In this document: positions 18,862-27,020 of the stretch, piece after piece | How the letters are laid out: every line of letters starts with the position of its first letter | Position numbering within the stretch: the stretch's first letter is position 1 | Assembly: GCA_039026235.1 (NCBI GenBank) | Contig: JBCCMQ010000008.1 | Location: 62,771-126,770, forward strand | Origin: Pseudomonadota bacterium | GTDB taxonomy: Bacteria > Pseudomonadota > Alphaproteobacteria > Rhodobacterales > Rhodobacteraceae | DNA length: 64,000 nt | Direction of reading: 5' to 3' | Notes under the pieces: model-generated | Database searches by the model: none | Seen by the model: only the letters and a program-made list of their open reading frames with translations | Told to the model about the DNA's origin: nothing | Translations under genes and position numbers: made by a program

Positions 18862-20111
18862 CCCAGCTCAACCTGTTTGGTGACCGTTCGCTGGCATCCG
18901 TCACATGGACGGGCGAAAGGGCGGCGGCGGTCGACCGATTGAAAACCTTCCTGCCCCGGGCCGGTCGGGACTATGCCGCCCGCCGCAACTATGATTTGGG
19001 TCGCGCAGACCGCTCGAATGTCTCTTGCCTCTCGCCCTGGATCCGCCACCGGCTACTTTTGGAAGAAGACGTGCTGCGTGCCACACTCGATCGGCATGCG
19101 CCGTCCAGTGCAGACAAGTTCGTTCAAGAGGTCTTCTGGCGGGCCTACTTTAAAGGATGGCTGCAACATCGCCCAAGTGTCTGGTTCAGCTACCGGGCTG
19201 AGATCGACCGACTTATCGAGACCCTAGAGCGTTCGCCTGAAATGAATGCTCTCTACAAAACGGCAGTCCAAGGAACCACAGGCATTGACTGCTTTGATGC
19301 CTGGGCGAAAGAGCTTGTTGAAACGGGCTATCTCCACAACCACACCCGCATGTGGTTCGCGAGCATCTGGATATTTACCCTTCGCCTTCCCTGGCAGCTT
19401 GGCGCTGATTTTTTCTACCGAAACCTGCTCGACGGGGATCCGGCATCGAACACATTGTCCTGGCGCTGGGTGGGCGGGCTGCACACGAAAGGCAAAACCT
19501 ACCTCGCCCGCAAATCGAACATCGAAAAGTACACCGAAGGTAGATTTTCCCCCATCGGGTTGGCCGGTTCGGCGCCCGCCCTTGTCGAAGACGAACACCA
19601 CGCCCTCCAGCCTAAGCCTTCCGGAATGCCTTTAGTCAGTGCCAAGCCCTTCGCACTGATCCTCACCGAAGAGGACTGCAACGCAGAAAGCCTGCCTTTG
19701 CCCGGGAAGCCCAAGGGTATCTGTAGTCTCGGCGCAACGGCGGCCCGCTCATCATTGGAGGTCGGTGCACAGGCCCAAAAATTTACCGCTGAGGCGATGG
19801 CGGACGGCCTTGATCGCGCGCGGGACCACTTTCAGTGCGACGGCCAGCAAATCGAAACCAAAGACTGGGGACCTTTCCTCGTGGACTGGGCGCAGGAACT
19901 GGGTGTCGACACAATTCTCACCGCCCAAGCGCCCATCGGACCGACACGAGAGCACATCGACGGGGCCCGCACCGCCCTGAAGAGTGCAGGAATTACCCTT
20001 GCCGAGATCGGACGCCCCTATGATGAAGCCTGTTGGACCTATGCCACCAAGGGTTTCTTCGGGCTCAAGGCCAAAATCCCGCATCTTGTAGAAAAGCTAG
20101 ACCTTGGCTGA
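18858..20111 (+). CDS. photolyase-related FAD-binding domain protein (atypical domain order)
   Basis: Photolyase FAD-domain motifs lie in the N-terminal half (FVQEVFWRAYFKGW, TGYLHNHTRMWFASIWIFTLRLPWQLGADFF...DGDPASNTLSWRWVGG). The start is uncertain: the ORF opens at 18825, and a TTG at 18858 overlaps the DUF2256 stop (cTTGA). Confidence 0.7.
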   Translation: MTQLNLFGDRSLASVTWTGERAAAVDRLKTFLPRAGRDYAARRNYDLGRADRSNVSCLSPWIRHRLLLEEDVLRATLDRHAPSSADKFVQEVFWRAYFKGWLQHRPSVWFSYRAEIDRLIETLERSPEMNALYKTAVQGTTGIDCFDAWAKELVETGYLHNHTRMWFASIWIFTLRLPWQLGADFFYRNLLDGDPASNTLSWRWVGGLHTKGKTYLARKSNIEKYTEGRFSPIGLAGSAPALVEDEHHALQPKPSGMPLVSAKPFALILTEEDCNAESLPLPGKPKGICSLGATAARSSLEVGAQAQKFTAEAMADGLDRARDHFQCDGQQIETKDWGPFLVDWAQELGVDTILTAQAPIGPTREHIDGARTALKSAGITLAEIGRPYDEACWTYATKGFFGLKAKIPHLVEKLDLG

Positions 20112-20260
20112 GTTGGCACCCAGGGTTTTTGCACGCGACCCTTCCCCGGCCAGAGCGTGTGCAACCCGGTCGCCCGGGTCATCGCACATCGACCTTTGGG
20201 CCGGGCACAGTAAACAGGGGAAAACGGCAAAGCGTGGTCAGGCAGTTAAGTTGCAGGAAC

Positions 20261-20306
20261 TGGTGCCGCTGAAGGGACTCGAACCCCCGACCCCATCATT
20301 ACGAAT
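20261..20306. repeat. distal att repeat: 46-bp perfect copy of the 3' half of tRNA-Thr (not a functional tRNA)
   Basis: tggtgccgctgaagggactcgaacccccgaccccatcattacgaat is identical to 31144-31189. Identity ends exactly at 20260/20307. The 5' half of the tRNA is absent here. Confidence 0.9.
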
Positions 20307-20465
20307 TAAATTTCTAGAGTTGTAGACGGTCGCAGTGCGTAGTGAAACACTGTGTTTCCTGATTGAAGTGGCTGTTTTTATTGAAATATTGCACGTGTCT
20401 AGTAGCTATCAATCGCACACAAGCGCGGTAGAAAAAACACCCAAACAACACCCAAGGATAGCAAC

Positions 20466-21671
20466 TTGCCCAAGATTTCCATGACGATGAAGAAGATCGA
20501 AAGCCTGCCTGTCCCGAAGACTGGCCGGGTCGATTACACAGACGCGGACAACCGTGGGCTTACCCTTCGTGTCAATCACAACGGCACAAAAACATGGTCG
20601 TTGCTGTACCGTGTGGTGGGCGAGAAGCTAAACGCGAAAGGCGACCCAATACGCGGCGATCAACGGCGAATTACACTGGGTTCCTACGATTTATTGGGCT
20701 TAGCTGATGCGCGTGAAAAGGCTCGTGACATCATGAAAATCGCCAATAGTGGTACCGACCCAAAAGAAAGTGCCCGCAGTGCGGCGCTGAGGCGGATCGA
20801 CGGGACGGTCGAAAAGGTTGCAGAGGAGATGTGCGATCTGTCGATGGTAAAGTCGATAGAACAGATGCGCCGTTACTTTCGGCTGCATATCAACCCAAGG
20901 TTTGGGCGACGACCGATGCAAGACATTACCCTTGCTGAAATCAATGAGCATTTGGATCAGTATGTTCGGGACGGGCAAGCACCGACTGCGCGAAGCATTT
21001 CAGCATACCTTCATAAGCTGTGGAAGTTCGCCCACCAGCGTGGCCGGGTCGATGTCAACATAATGCTGAGCCTTGATCGTGATGACATTGCATATGAACC
21101 ACGCTCAAGGATCTTGTCTGATGAAGAACTTAAGATCGTTTGGGCAGCGACACAGAGCATGACACCCCCTTATGGCCAACTTGCTCAGTTACTAATGCTG
21201 ACTGGTCTTCGAAAAAATGAAGTGTCGCAGGCCCGGTGGGACGAGGTTGATGAAACCCGCCGTGGAATAGTCGTCCCTGAAAATCGTGCCAAGAATGGTG
21301 AAACTTTGTTGGCACCTTTCTCTGATAAGGCGTGGGACATTCTTCAGTCGATGCGCGATCGTGGTGGGCCATACATCTTTTCGACGACAGGCGGTGAAAA
21401 GCCAGTATCACCCGGTGGAAGGCACTTTCCAAAGATGCTTCGCTCCGCTTGCGGCAACGACATGGAACACTTCACCCCGCATGATCTGCGCCGGACATTG
21501 CGCACAAACTTGGCTGGGCTCGGTGTGGATGAAATCGTTTCTGAAAGGGTTATAGGTCACAAGCTGCAAGGCGTCGCCGCGGTCTACAATCGCTATCACT
21601 ACACCGAAGAACGGCGTGATGCTCTCAATCGTTATGCCCAGCACTTGGAGGGTTTGATTGATGAGCAGTAA
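20466..21671 (+). CDS. int: tyrosine integrase, P4-type (DUF4102 arm-binding N-terminus)
   Basis: 401 aa. The N-terminus, DADNRGLTLRVNHNGTKTWSLLYRV, is typical of P4-like integrases. Catalytic motifs are LTGLRKNEV (R), HDLRRTLRT (HxxR) and VIGHKLQGVAAVYNRYHY (H...Y). The track start is a TTG; ATGs at 20481 and 20487 are alternatives. Confidence 0.9.
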   Translation: MPKISMTMKKIESLPVPKTGRVDYTDADNRGLTLRVNHNGTKTWSLLYRVVGEKLNAKGDPIRGDQRRITLGSYDLLGLADAREKARDIMKIANSGTDPKESARSAALRRIDGTVEKVAEEMCDLSMVKSIEQMRRYFRLHINPRFGRRPMQDITLAEINEHLDQYVRDGQAPTARSISAYLHKLWKFAHQRGRVDVNIMLSLDRDDIAYEPRSRILSDEELKIVWAATQSMTPPYGQLAQLLMLTGLRKNEVSQARWDEVDETRRGIVVPENRAKNGETLLAPFSDKAWDILQSMRDRGGPYIFSTTGGEKPVSPGGRHFPKMLRSACGNDMEHFTPHDLRRTLRTNLAGLGVDEIVSERVIGHKLQGVAAVYNRYHYTEERRDALNRYAQHLEGLIDEQ

Positions 21672-22380
21672 AGCAATAGCCGAAAAGGTTGGCTCGCCAG
21701 TGACTGTCGAAGAAGTGGAGGCGCTTATGCGCTTTGCCGGGATATTGTTCGATCAAGTTCAGAGCGACGCCAAAAAGCTGACTTCAGGGTCTGAACGTAC
21801 ACCCTACGACTACACGGAATACGGTAAGTACCGCGAAGATGATCTACCGCTATTTTCCCCTCAGCCGGGCAAACGCGGGCCAAAGGAGAAACCTGTTCGT
21901 ATGTTCTTGCGGCACTTCTTTCCAATCATCGAATACATGATGTCCAGCACTCATGAGCGGATCGAAGATCGAGTGGCTGTCAAAAAGGCGAACTGGTGGG
22001 TCGAAGGCGGAAAACGTGTCCATGATGGCGGAACAAAAGTGGCAGAAGAAGATCAGTTCGACGCACTCAACCAACTTGGAAAATTAGCTTTCCTTATCAC
22101 TAAGGAATTCTACCCAAACGTTTCCATTGGCGGAAAAACAGATCGCTCCAAGAACCGCGACGGCGACTTTCACGCAGTTCTGCACCCTAAAGGGCTACCG
22201 TATCAACTTACCCCAAGAGAAGTTCAGCGGCTCAAGGAAATGCGTACAGTTCAGACCTTCCTAGAGGATTTGATAGCCGAACGCGGTTTGGTTGGATGCG
22301 AAGAATACTTAATGCGTGACCCGGTCCGGTGGGAAGCTGAAGTTGCTGAATTGAGGAAGCAAATACGATCCGAAAAGTGA
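21658..22380 (+). CDS. hypothetical protein (island orphan)
   Basis: 240-aa ORF that overlaps the end of int by 14 nt. Its codon usage is consistent with the island. I recognise no motif. Confidence 0.5.
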   Translation: MMSSKAIAEKVGSPVTVEEVEALMRFAGILFDQVQSDAKKLTSGSERTPYDYTEYGKYREDDLPLFSPQPGKRGPKEKPVRMFLRHFFPIIEYMMSSTHERIEDRVAVKKANWWVEGGKRVHDGGTKVAEEDQFDALNQLGKLAFLITKEFYPNVSIGGKTDRSKNRDGDFHAVLHPKGLPYQLTPREVQRLKEMRTVQTFLEDLIAERGLVGCEEYLMRDPVRWEAEVAELRKQIRSEK

Positions 22381-22453
22381 ATTAATACTACCGCGATTAT
22401 GAGCGGCTGACAGGCGTAGGTTTGTGCAGACAACAGCACAAGGAACCTGACCA

Positions 22454-22681
22454 ATGTCGTACCATCTGATAACAAAAGAAGAAGTCCTGAAGCGGACTTC
22501 AATCAACCCCCATTCACTGCGTGGCATGTGGGAACGTAACCTATTTCCCAAACCGGTGAAGCTTAGCGCAAAGTGCATCCGCTTTGTTGAAAGCGAAGTC
22601 CAAAACTGGCTTGACGCAAAGATGATCGCAGCGGGAAAGACGATCCCCGATCAACCAACGTTGTGTGACGACAAATTGTAA
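22454..22681 (+). CDS. alpA: AlpA-family phage regulatory protein / excisionase-like HTH
   Basis: 75 aa. LITKEEVLKRTSINPHSLRGMWERNLFPKPVKLSAKCIRFVESEVQNWL matches the AlpA pattern (...FPKPvkl....W.esEv..Wl). Confidence 0.75.
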   Translation: MSYHLITKEEVLKRTSINPHSLRGMWERNLFPKPVKLSAKCIRFVESEVQNWLDAKMIAAGKTIPDQPTLCDDKL

Positions 22682-22743
22682 TGGGACCGGCGTGGCCCGC
22701 CAGATACTGAGGCAAAACGCGCCCGGTCCTCCTAATCGGAGGA

Positions 22744-25341
22744 TTGCACTTGAAAGATAATTTGAAAGTGTCCCCAGTCGCGTTCGTTTCGCGCCTGCAC
22801 GAAGGATACAACCGATCCGGGATTGTGGCGTTTCCGCCGGGTGCAAAGAAGCCTGTGGCCCGGAACTTCAACCTGTTCCACGGCGATGGGCAAATCAGAG
22901 CTGGTGGATTTGTTCAGGTTCATTCTGAAGGGAACCTGTATTTCCAGTTGAACCCGGCCATGGACAACATTTCGTCACAGGCCAAGCAAAGCCGGGCCAC
23001 GACGAAAGATGTCATCGCGTTCCATGTGGACATAGACCCTGACCCGTTACCGGCCCACCACAAGGTCAAAGACCCTGTGGAATGGACCAAGATGGAACAA
23101 GAGCGCATTCATGGGCTGTTGACCTACAATCTGCCCAAGGGTGCCCCGGAACCGTCGATCATCATCTTTTCAGGTGGTGGCTTTCAAGCGATCTGGCTTC
23201 TAAGGGAACCGATCAGGATCAACGGTGACATCGGTGTGGCTGAAGACGCCGCCTTATACAACGTGAAGCTGGAATGGCTGTTTGGGGCCGACAACACCCA
23301 CAACATTGACCGCTTGCTTCGACTTCCGGGAACGATGAACCGACCCCATCCGGCCAAGCGAAAGAAAGGCCGGACGGACGAAATGGCGCGACTGATCAAG
23401 TGTGACTTTGATCTGCGCTATGACCTGTCTGAATTCCAGAAGGGTAAGAAGTCCTTCGCCATGTCGGAAGACATGTCCAAGATCGACATCAGTGAAGTCC
23501 GGCACCCGGACGCCGCTGAAGTCGAAGGGCTGTTGAAGGCATGGAACGAAGGCAAGCCCAAAGACATCCAGCGCGACCCGGCCACCTTCATGGCGATGCT
23601 GGGCGAAGGTCGGGGGATCAAACCGAAGGAAAAGGACGACAGCCGTTCCGCTTGGTGGTTCGACGCCGCTTGTCACCTTCAACGGATCGGTCTGGATAGC
23701 GGTGGCATCGTGGGCATCATGTCCAACCCTGACCTGAAGATCAGCGAAAGCATGTATCACAACGCGGATGGTGTGGTCATCCCGAACCCCATCGGGACCA
23801 CGATCCGACAAGTGAAGCGCGCGATCCACCGGGTCGATCACGACGACGAATTGAAGGATCAGGAACGCGAAGAAACGAACGGAAGCTGGCTGGAATACAT
23901 GAACGACCGCTATTGTGTCGTTAAGTCCGAAGGCGGGAAGACCCGTGTCTTCAGTTGGGGCTTGTCCGATTTGGTGGACCCCGCGACCCTTGAAGACGGC
24001 GAGGAAGTGAAGTTCCAACAGCCCACCCTTCAGACGTTCGGGGACATCCAGCAAGCCTATGTGAACCAGAAGGTCATGGTTCTGAAGATGACCCGTGATG
24101 GCCCAAAGGAAGTCCCGGTGGGCTTGGGTCACTGGTGGCTGGAACACCCAGAACGCCGAACCTACCAATCCCTGAAATTCGCGCCCCATGTTGACGAACA
24201 GGTTATCCAGATCGGTGGCAATGAATACCTGAACCTGTGGAACGGATTTGGGGTTGATGCTGCCCAAGGAAGCTGGAAGCGCATGCAAGATCACATCCTT
24301 CACCAAGCGGCCAAGGGCAACAAAGAACACTATGACTACATCATCAGGTGGCTGGCCTTCGCAGTCCAGTTCCCAGAAAAACAGGCCGAAGTTGCGCTGA
24401 CGTTTCGGGGAAGCAAGGGCACAGGAAAGGGTGTCATTGGGCGCGCGATGTGCAAGCTGTTTGGGAATGCTGGACTTCAGGTCAGTTCATCATCGCACCT
24501 GACCGGCAAGTTTAACGCCCACCTTCGTGGGAAGGTCATCCTGTTCGCTGATGAAGCCGTGGCCCCGGATGATCGCCACAGCGAAGCCGCCCTGAAGCGG
24601 AACATCACCGAAGACACCTTGACCATTGAAATGAAGGGATATGACCCGATCCCCGGCCCGAACATGCTTCACATCATCATCGCGGGCAACGATGACATGG
24701 TGATCCGTGCGACCGCAGACGAACGGCGATACGCGGTCTTCGAAATCAACGAAAAGAAGGACCAGAACTACTACAAAGCCCTGTATCAGGAAATGAACCA
24801 CGGCGGTTATGAAGCCATGTTGTACGACCTTCAGCGCGTGGACCTGACTGGCTGGCACCCTCGCCAGAACATCCCGAACACGGACGCTCTTCAAGCGCAG
24901 AAACTACATGGGCTGAAGCCGACCGAACGCTGGCTGTTTGAAATCCTTCAGTCTGGTGAACTTGCCGGGACTTCAGCAGTCAAACAAGCGCACAGTTTGC
25001 GGAAAACCGTGATGTCCAACGCCCAACCAGCACGGGATAGCAATGGGCGTCTGGTCGGCGGTATGGTCCCCGGACTTTATGACACCATGCGGAAGGCCGT
25101 CCCCGGCTTGCGCGATCAAGACAATCAGGTCTTTGCGTCTTTCCTGAAGGAATGGGGATGTACGAACCACCGCGACACAGGGACCGGGAAGCCTTCCTAT
25201 TGGTTGTTCCCCACCCTGAAAGAAATGCGTGGGCTGTTTGAAGCCAAGTTCGGCCATATCGACTGGGGCACAATCACCGACTGGGACGGCGCTCATCACG
25301 AAACAGCACGACCCGGCGAACAGAAGGAAGCAGCGGTTTGA
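22744..25341 (+). CDS. AEP primase-polymerase fused to SF3 (D5/P4-like) helicase
   Basis: The N-terminus carries AEP motifs: FHVDIDPD (DxD), FSGGGFQAIWLL and LLRLPGTMN. The C-terminus carries SF3 NTPase motifs: Walker A FRGSKGTGKGV and Walker B VILFADEA. A TTG at 22750, 7 nt after GGAGGA, is a likely true start. Confidence 0.8.
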   Translation: MHLKDNLKVSPVAFVSRLHEGYNRSGIVAFPPGAKKPVARNFNLFHGDGQIRAGGFVQVHSEGNLYFQLNPAMDNISSQAKQSRATTKDVIAFHVDIDPDPLPAHHKVKDPVEWTKMEQERIHGLLTYNLPKGAPEPSIIIFSGGGFQAIWLLREPIRINGDIGVAEDAALYNVKLEWLFGADNTHNIDRLLRLPGTMNRPHPAKRKKGRTDEMARLIKCDFDLRYDLSEFQKGKKSFAMSEDMSKIDISEVRHPDAAEVEGLLKAWNEGKPKDIQRDPATFMAMLGEGRGIKPKEKDDSRSAWWFDAACHLQRIGLDSGGIVGIMSNPDLKISESMYHNADGVVIPNPIGTTIRQVKRAIHRVDHDDELKDQEREETNGSWLEYMNDRYCVVKSEGGKTRVFSWGLSDLVDPATLEDGEEVKFQQPTLQTFGDIQQAYVNQKVMVLKMTRDGPKEVPVGLGHWWLEHPERRTYQSLKFAPHVDEQVIQIGGNEYLNLWNGFGVDAAQGSWKRMQDHILHQAAKGNKEHYDYIIRWLAFAVQFPEKQAEVALTFRGSKGTGKGVIGRAMCKLFGNAGLQVSSSSHLTGKFNAHLRGKVILFADEAVAPDDRHSEAALKRNITEDTLTIEMKGYDPIPGPNMLHIIIAGNDDMVIRATADERRYAVFEINEKKDQNYYKALYQEMNHGGYEAMLYDLQRVDLTGWHPRQNIPNTDALQAQKLHGLKPTERWLFEILQSGELAGTSAVKQAHSLRKTVMSNAQPARDSNGRLVGGMVPGLYDTMRKAVPGLRDQDNQVFASFLKEWGCTNHRDTGTGKPSYWLFPTLKEMRGLFEAKFGHIDWGTITDWDGAHHETARPGEQKEAAV

Positions 25342-25394
25342 TTTCGGTCCAGTTGGCCGCTTTTGGGCGATAAGTCCCAATACGGACTGCGGTG

Positions 25395-25691
25395 AACAGG
25401 GGTTTCTTGATTTGGACAGGGAACCTTTGTCCATTTTTATCATATTAAAACAATATGTTAGTAGTTATTTCTGCCCATGGACAGGGGGATCGGGGGGGTC
25501 CGCATATCAGCACATCAGGTGGGAACCGAAACTCCTGAGTTTTTGTGGTGTCTCTGAAGCCCAAGCTTCCGGCTTCTATACACCCCTGTATCCTATGTAT
25601 CCCCTGCTCATAAGGAGATAAGAATCTGAAAATAATAGATAATAGCCGGACAGTGGTCGGGACAGGGGTTGGGCTTTAGGACAGGGGTCGG
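25395..25691. repeat. putative replication origin: GGACAG(G/T)GG iterons flanking AT-rich tracts
   Basis: Direct copies lie at 25414, 25479, 25648, 25660 and 25679, with a near copy (AACAGGGG) at 25395. AT-rich stretches lie at about 25431-25473 and 25612-25647. The region is immediately downstream of the primase-helicase gene. Confidence 0.55.
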
Positions 25692-25974
25692 AGGTTTTTT
25701 GTGCTTGGATGCACGCACACAGGGCAACAAGGACGAAATATGCATGAGCGCACGAAAGCAGCGATCCCCACTGCCTCACCGATCTAAAAACGGCACTATT
25801 GAACCATTCCGAGGCCACTTAATGCTCAATGATAGGTTTTGGAAACGTAAGTGGCTGTTTTGAAGTTATTTTCGTTCTTCCGGGGCGCTGCTTGGGTGTT
25901 TTGAGGGAGTTTTTTCACCCAGCACAATTAATACTACCGGGAATTCCAAACGGCAGAACCAGTAGTTTCTGCCC

Positions 25975-26487
25975 ATGTATGAAACGCATCTTATCCAACT
26001 CGCGTATCGCGACCAAGATCAGCCCGGTGAGCCATGGATGGTCACCGATGCTGGCCGTGATTTGGTCCGCAAGGATCGGTCGAATGGTGTCGCACAGGCA
26101 GTGATCGCGGGTCGCTTGGGGATGTCCAGTCGGACCTTCCGTGATGTCCTTGATCGTTGTGAAGCTACCCGTGCGGCGTATGACGAAGGCACTGGGCTGA
26201 TGGAAACCGAACTGGTGTCCTTGCTCATGCAACACGCCCGCGACGGAGATCGCACATCCATCATCTTTGCGCTGAAGGCGCTAGCCGGAAAGCGGGAAGT
26301 TGGTCCGTCACCAGACGCGCCAGCAACGGCCAACCAGCCGTCGATCAATATCACGATCCCACCGGCGTTGTCGTCCGCTGACCTACGGGCGCTGACAGAC
26401 AGCATGCGCACCGTGTCGCCAGATGATGCAGCACCGGATGCGTCCACGGACGACAGGCCTACTAAGCGAAAGAAGGTGATCCGATGA
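25975..26487 (+). CDS. putative small terminase / HTH DNA-binding protein
   Basis: 170 aa with an HTH-like segment (VAQAVIAGRLGMSSRTFRDVL), a SIIFALKALAGKRE segment resembling TerS motifs, and a basic tail. It is the first gene of an overlapping operon that ends with TerL. The assignment is by position and weak similarity only. Confidence 0.45.
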   Translation: MYETHLIQLAYRDQDQPGEPWMVTDAGRDLVRKDRSNGVAQAVIAGRLGMSSRTFRDVLDRCEATRAAYDEGTGLMETELVSLLMQHARDGDRTSIIFALKALAGKREVGPSPDAPATANQPSINITIPPALSSADLRALTDSMRTVSPDDAAPDASTDDRPTKRKKVIR

Positions 26488-26735
26488 ATGACCGCCCCCC
26501 AACCCACCCTTGGGATATGGACCTGATCGACGCCAAGGAATGGGTAGTCCGAACCTTGTTGGAGGCCGCGCGGTCGCCAGAACAGATCGAAGTCGCGGTT
26601 CAGCTTGGTGCGATGGTTCGTCTGGGTTGGATCGAACACATCATCCGCAAACAGAAGCTTGCGTTCATCCGTGCGCAAAAGAAGGCCCATCGGGCCAAGG
26701 CGCTCGCACAAAAGGCAAGGAAGGACGACCGATGA
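26484..26735 (+). CDS. hypothetical small protein (packaging operon)
   Basis: 83 aa. It has 4-nt overlaps with both neighbours (26484-26487 and 26732-26735) and a basic C-terminus. Confidence 0.45.
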   Translation: MNDRPPTHPWDMDLIDAKEWVVRTLLEAARSPEQIEVAVQLGAMVRLGWIEHIIRKQKLAFIRAQKKAHRAKALAQKARKDDR

Positions 26736-27007
26736 CCTACAACCCCGCCCAGTGGGACTTATACGATCCCACGCCGCCCGCTGATCTAAACGATCCGGCG
26801 CAGTATTCCGTTGCTACCCAGATCGACCCCGAAACCGGCTTTCCGTTCGTCGAGACACCGGGCGACCTTGGGCATCAAGAATGGCGACCGATCATCGGTT
26901 ATCGCAACGCCGTGACGGGCGCGCAGCTATTCGGCGCTGTCCGTGTGGGCCGACCCGTCTTCACCAGCGGTAATAGTGCTGACGGCACCGCTACCCGCGC
27001 ACGATAG
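26732..27007 (+). CDS. hypothetical small protein (packaging operon)
   Basis: An internal ATG at 26732 (ATGA overlap with the preceding stop) gives 91 aa, MTYNPAQWDLYDP.... The upstream extension of ORF 26510-27007 overlaps the previous gene. Confidence 0.45.
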   Translation: MTYNPAQWDLYDPTPPADLNDPAQYSVATQIDPETGFPFVETPGDLGHQEWRPIIGYRNAVTGAQLFGAVRVGRPVFTSGNSADGTATRAR

Positions 27008-27020
27008 GAACCTCTGACAG

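Noticed and set aside
20261-20306. tRNA-like sequence that could be called as a second tRNA gene
   Set aside because: Only the 3' 46 nt (T arm, variable loop, anticodon loop) are present, and there is no acceptor 5' strand or D arm. It is the att duplication, not a gene.
23254-24330. 358-aa minus-strand ORF inside the primase-helicase gene
   Set aside because: It is antisense to a gene with AEP and SF3 motifs and has no motif of its own.
25576-26104. Short ORFs in the island intergenic region (25576-25818 minus, 25669-25863 plus, 25829-26104 plus)
   Set aside because: They overlap the iteron and AT-rich region or the start of the TerS-like gene. They lack an RBS and have an implausible composition, so the region is better explained as ori plus promoter.
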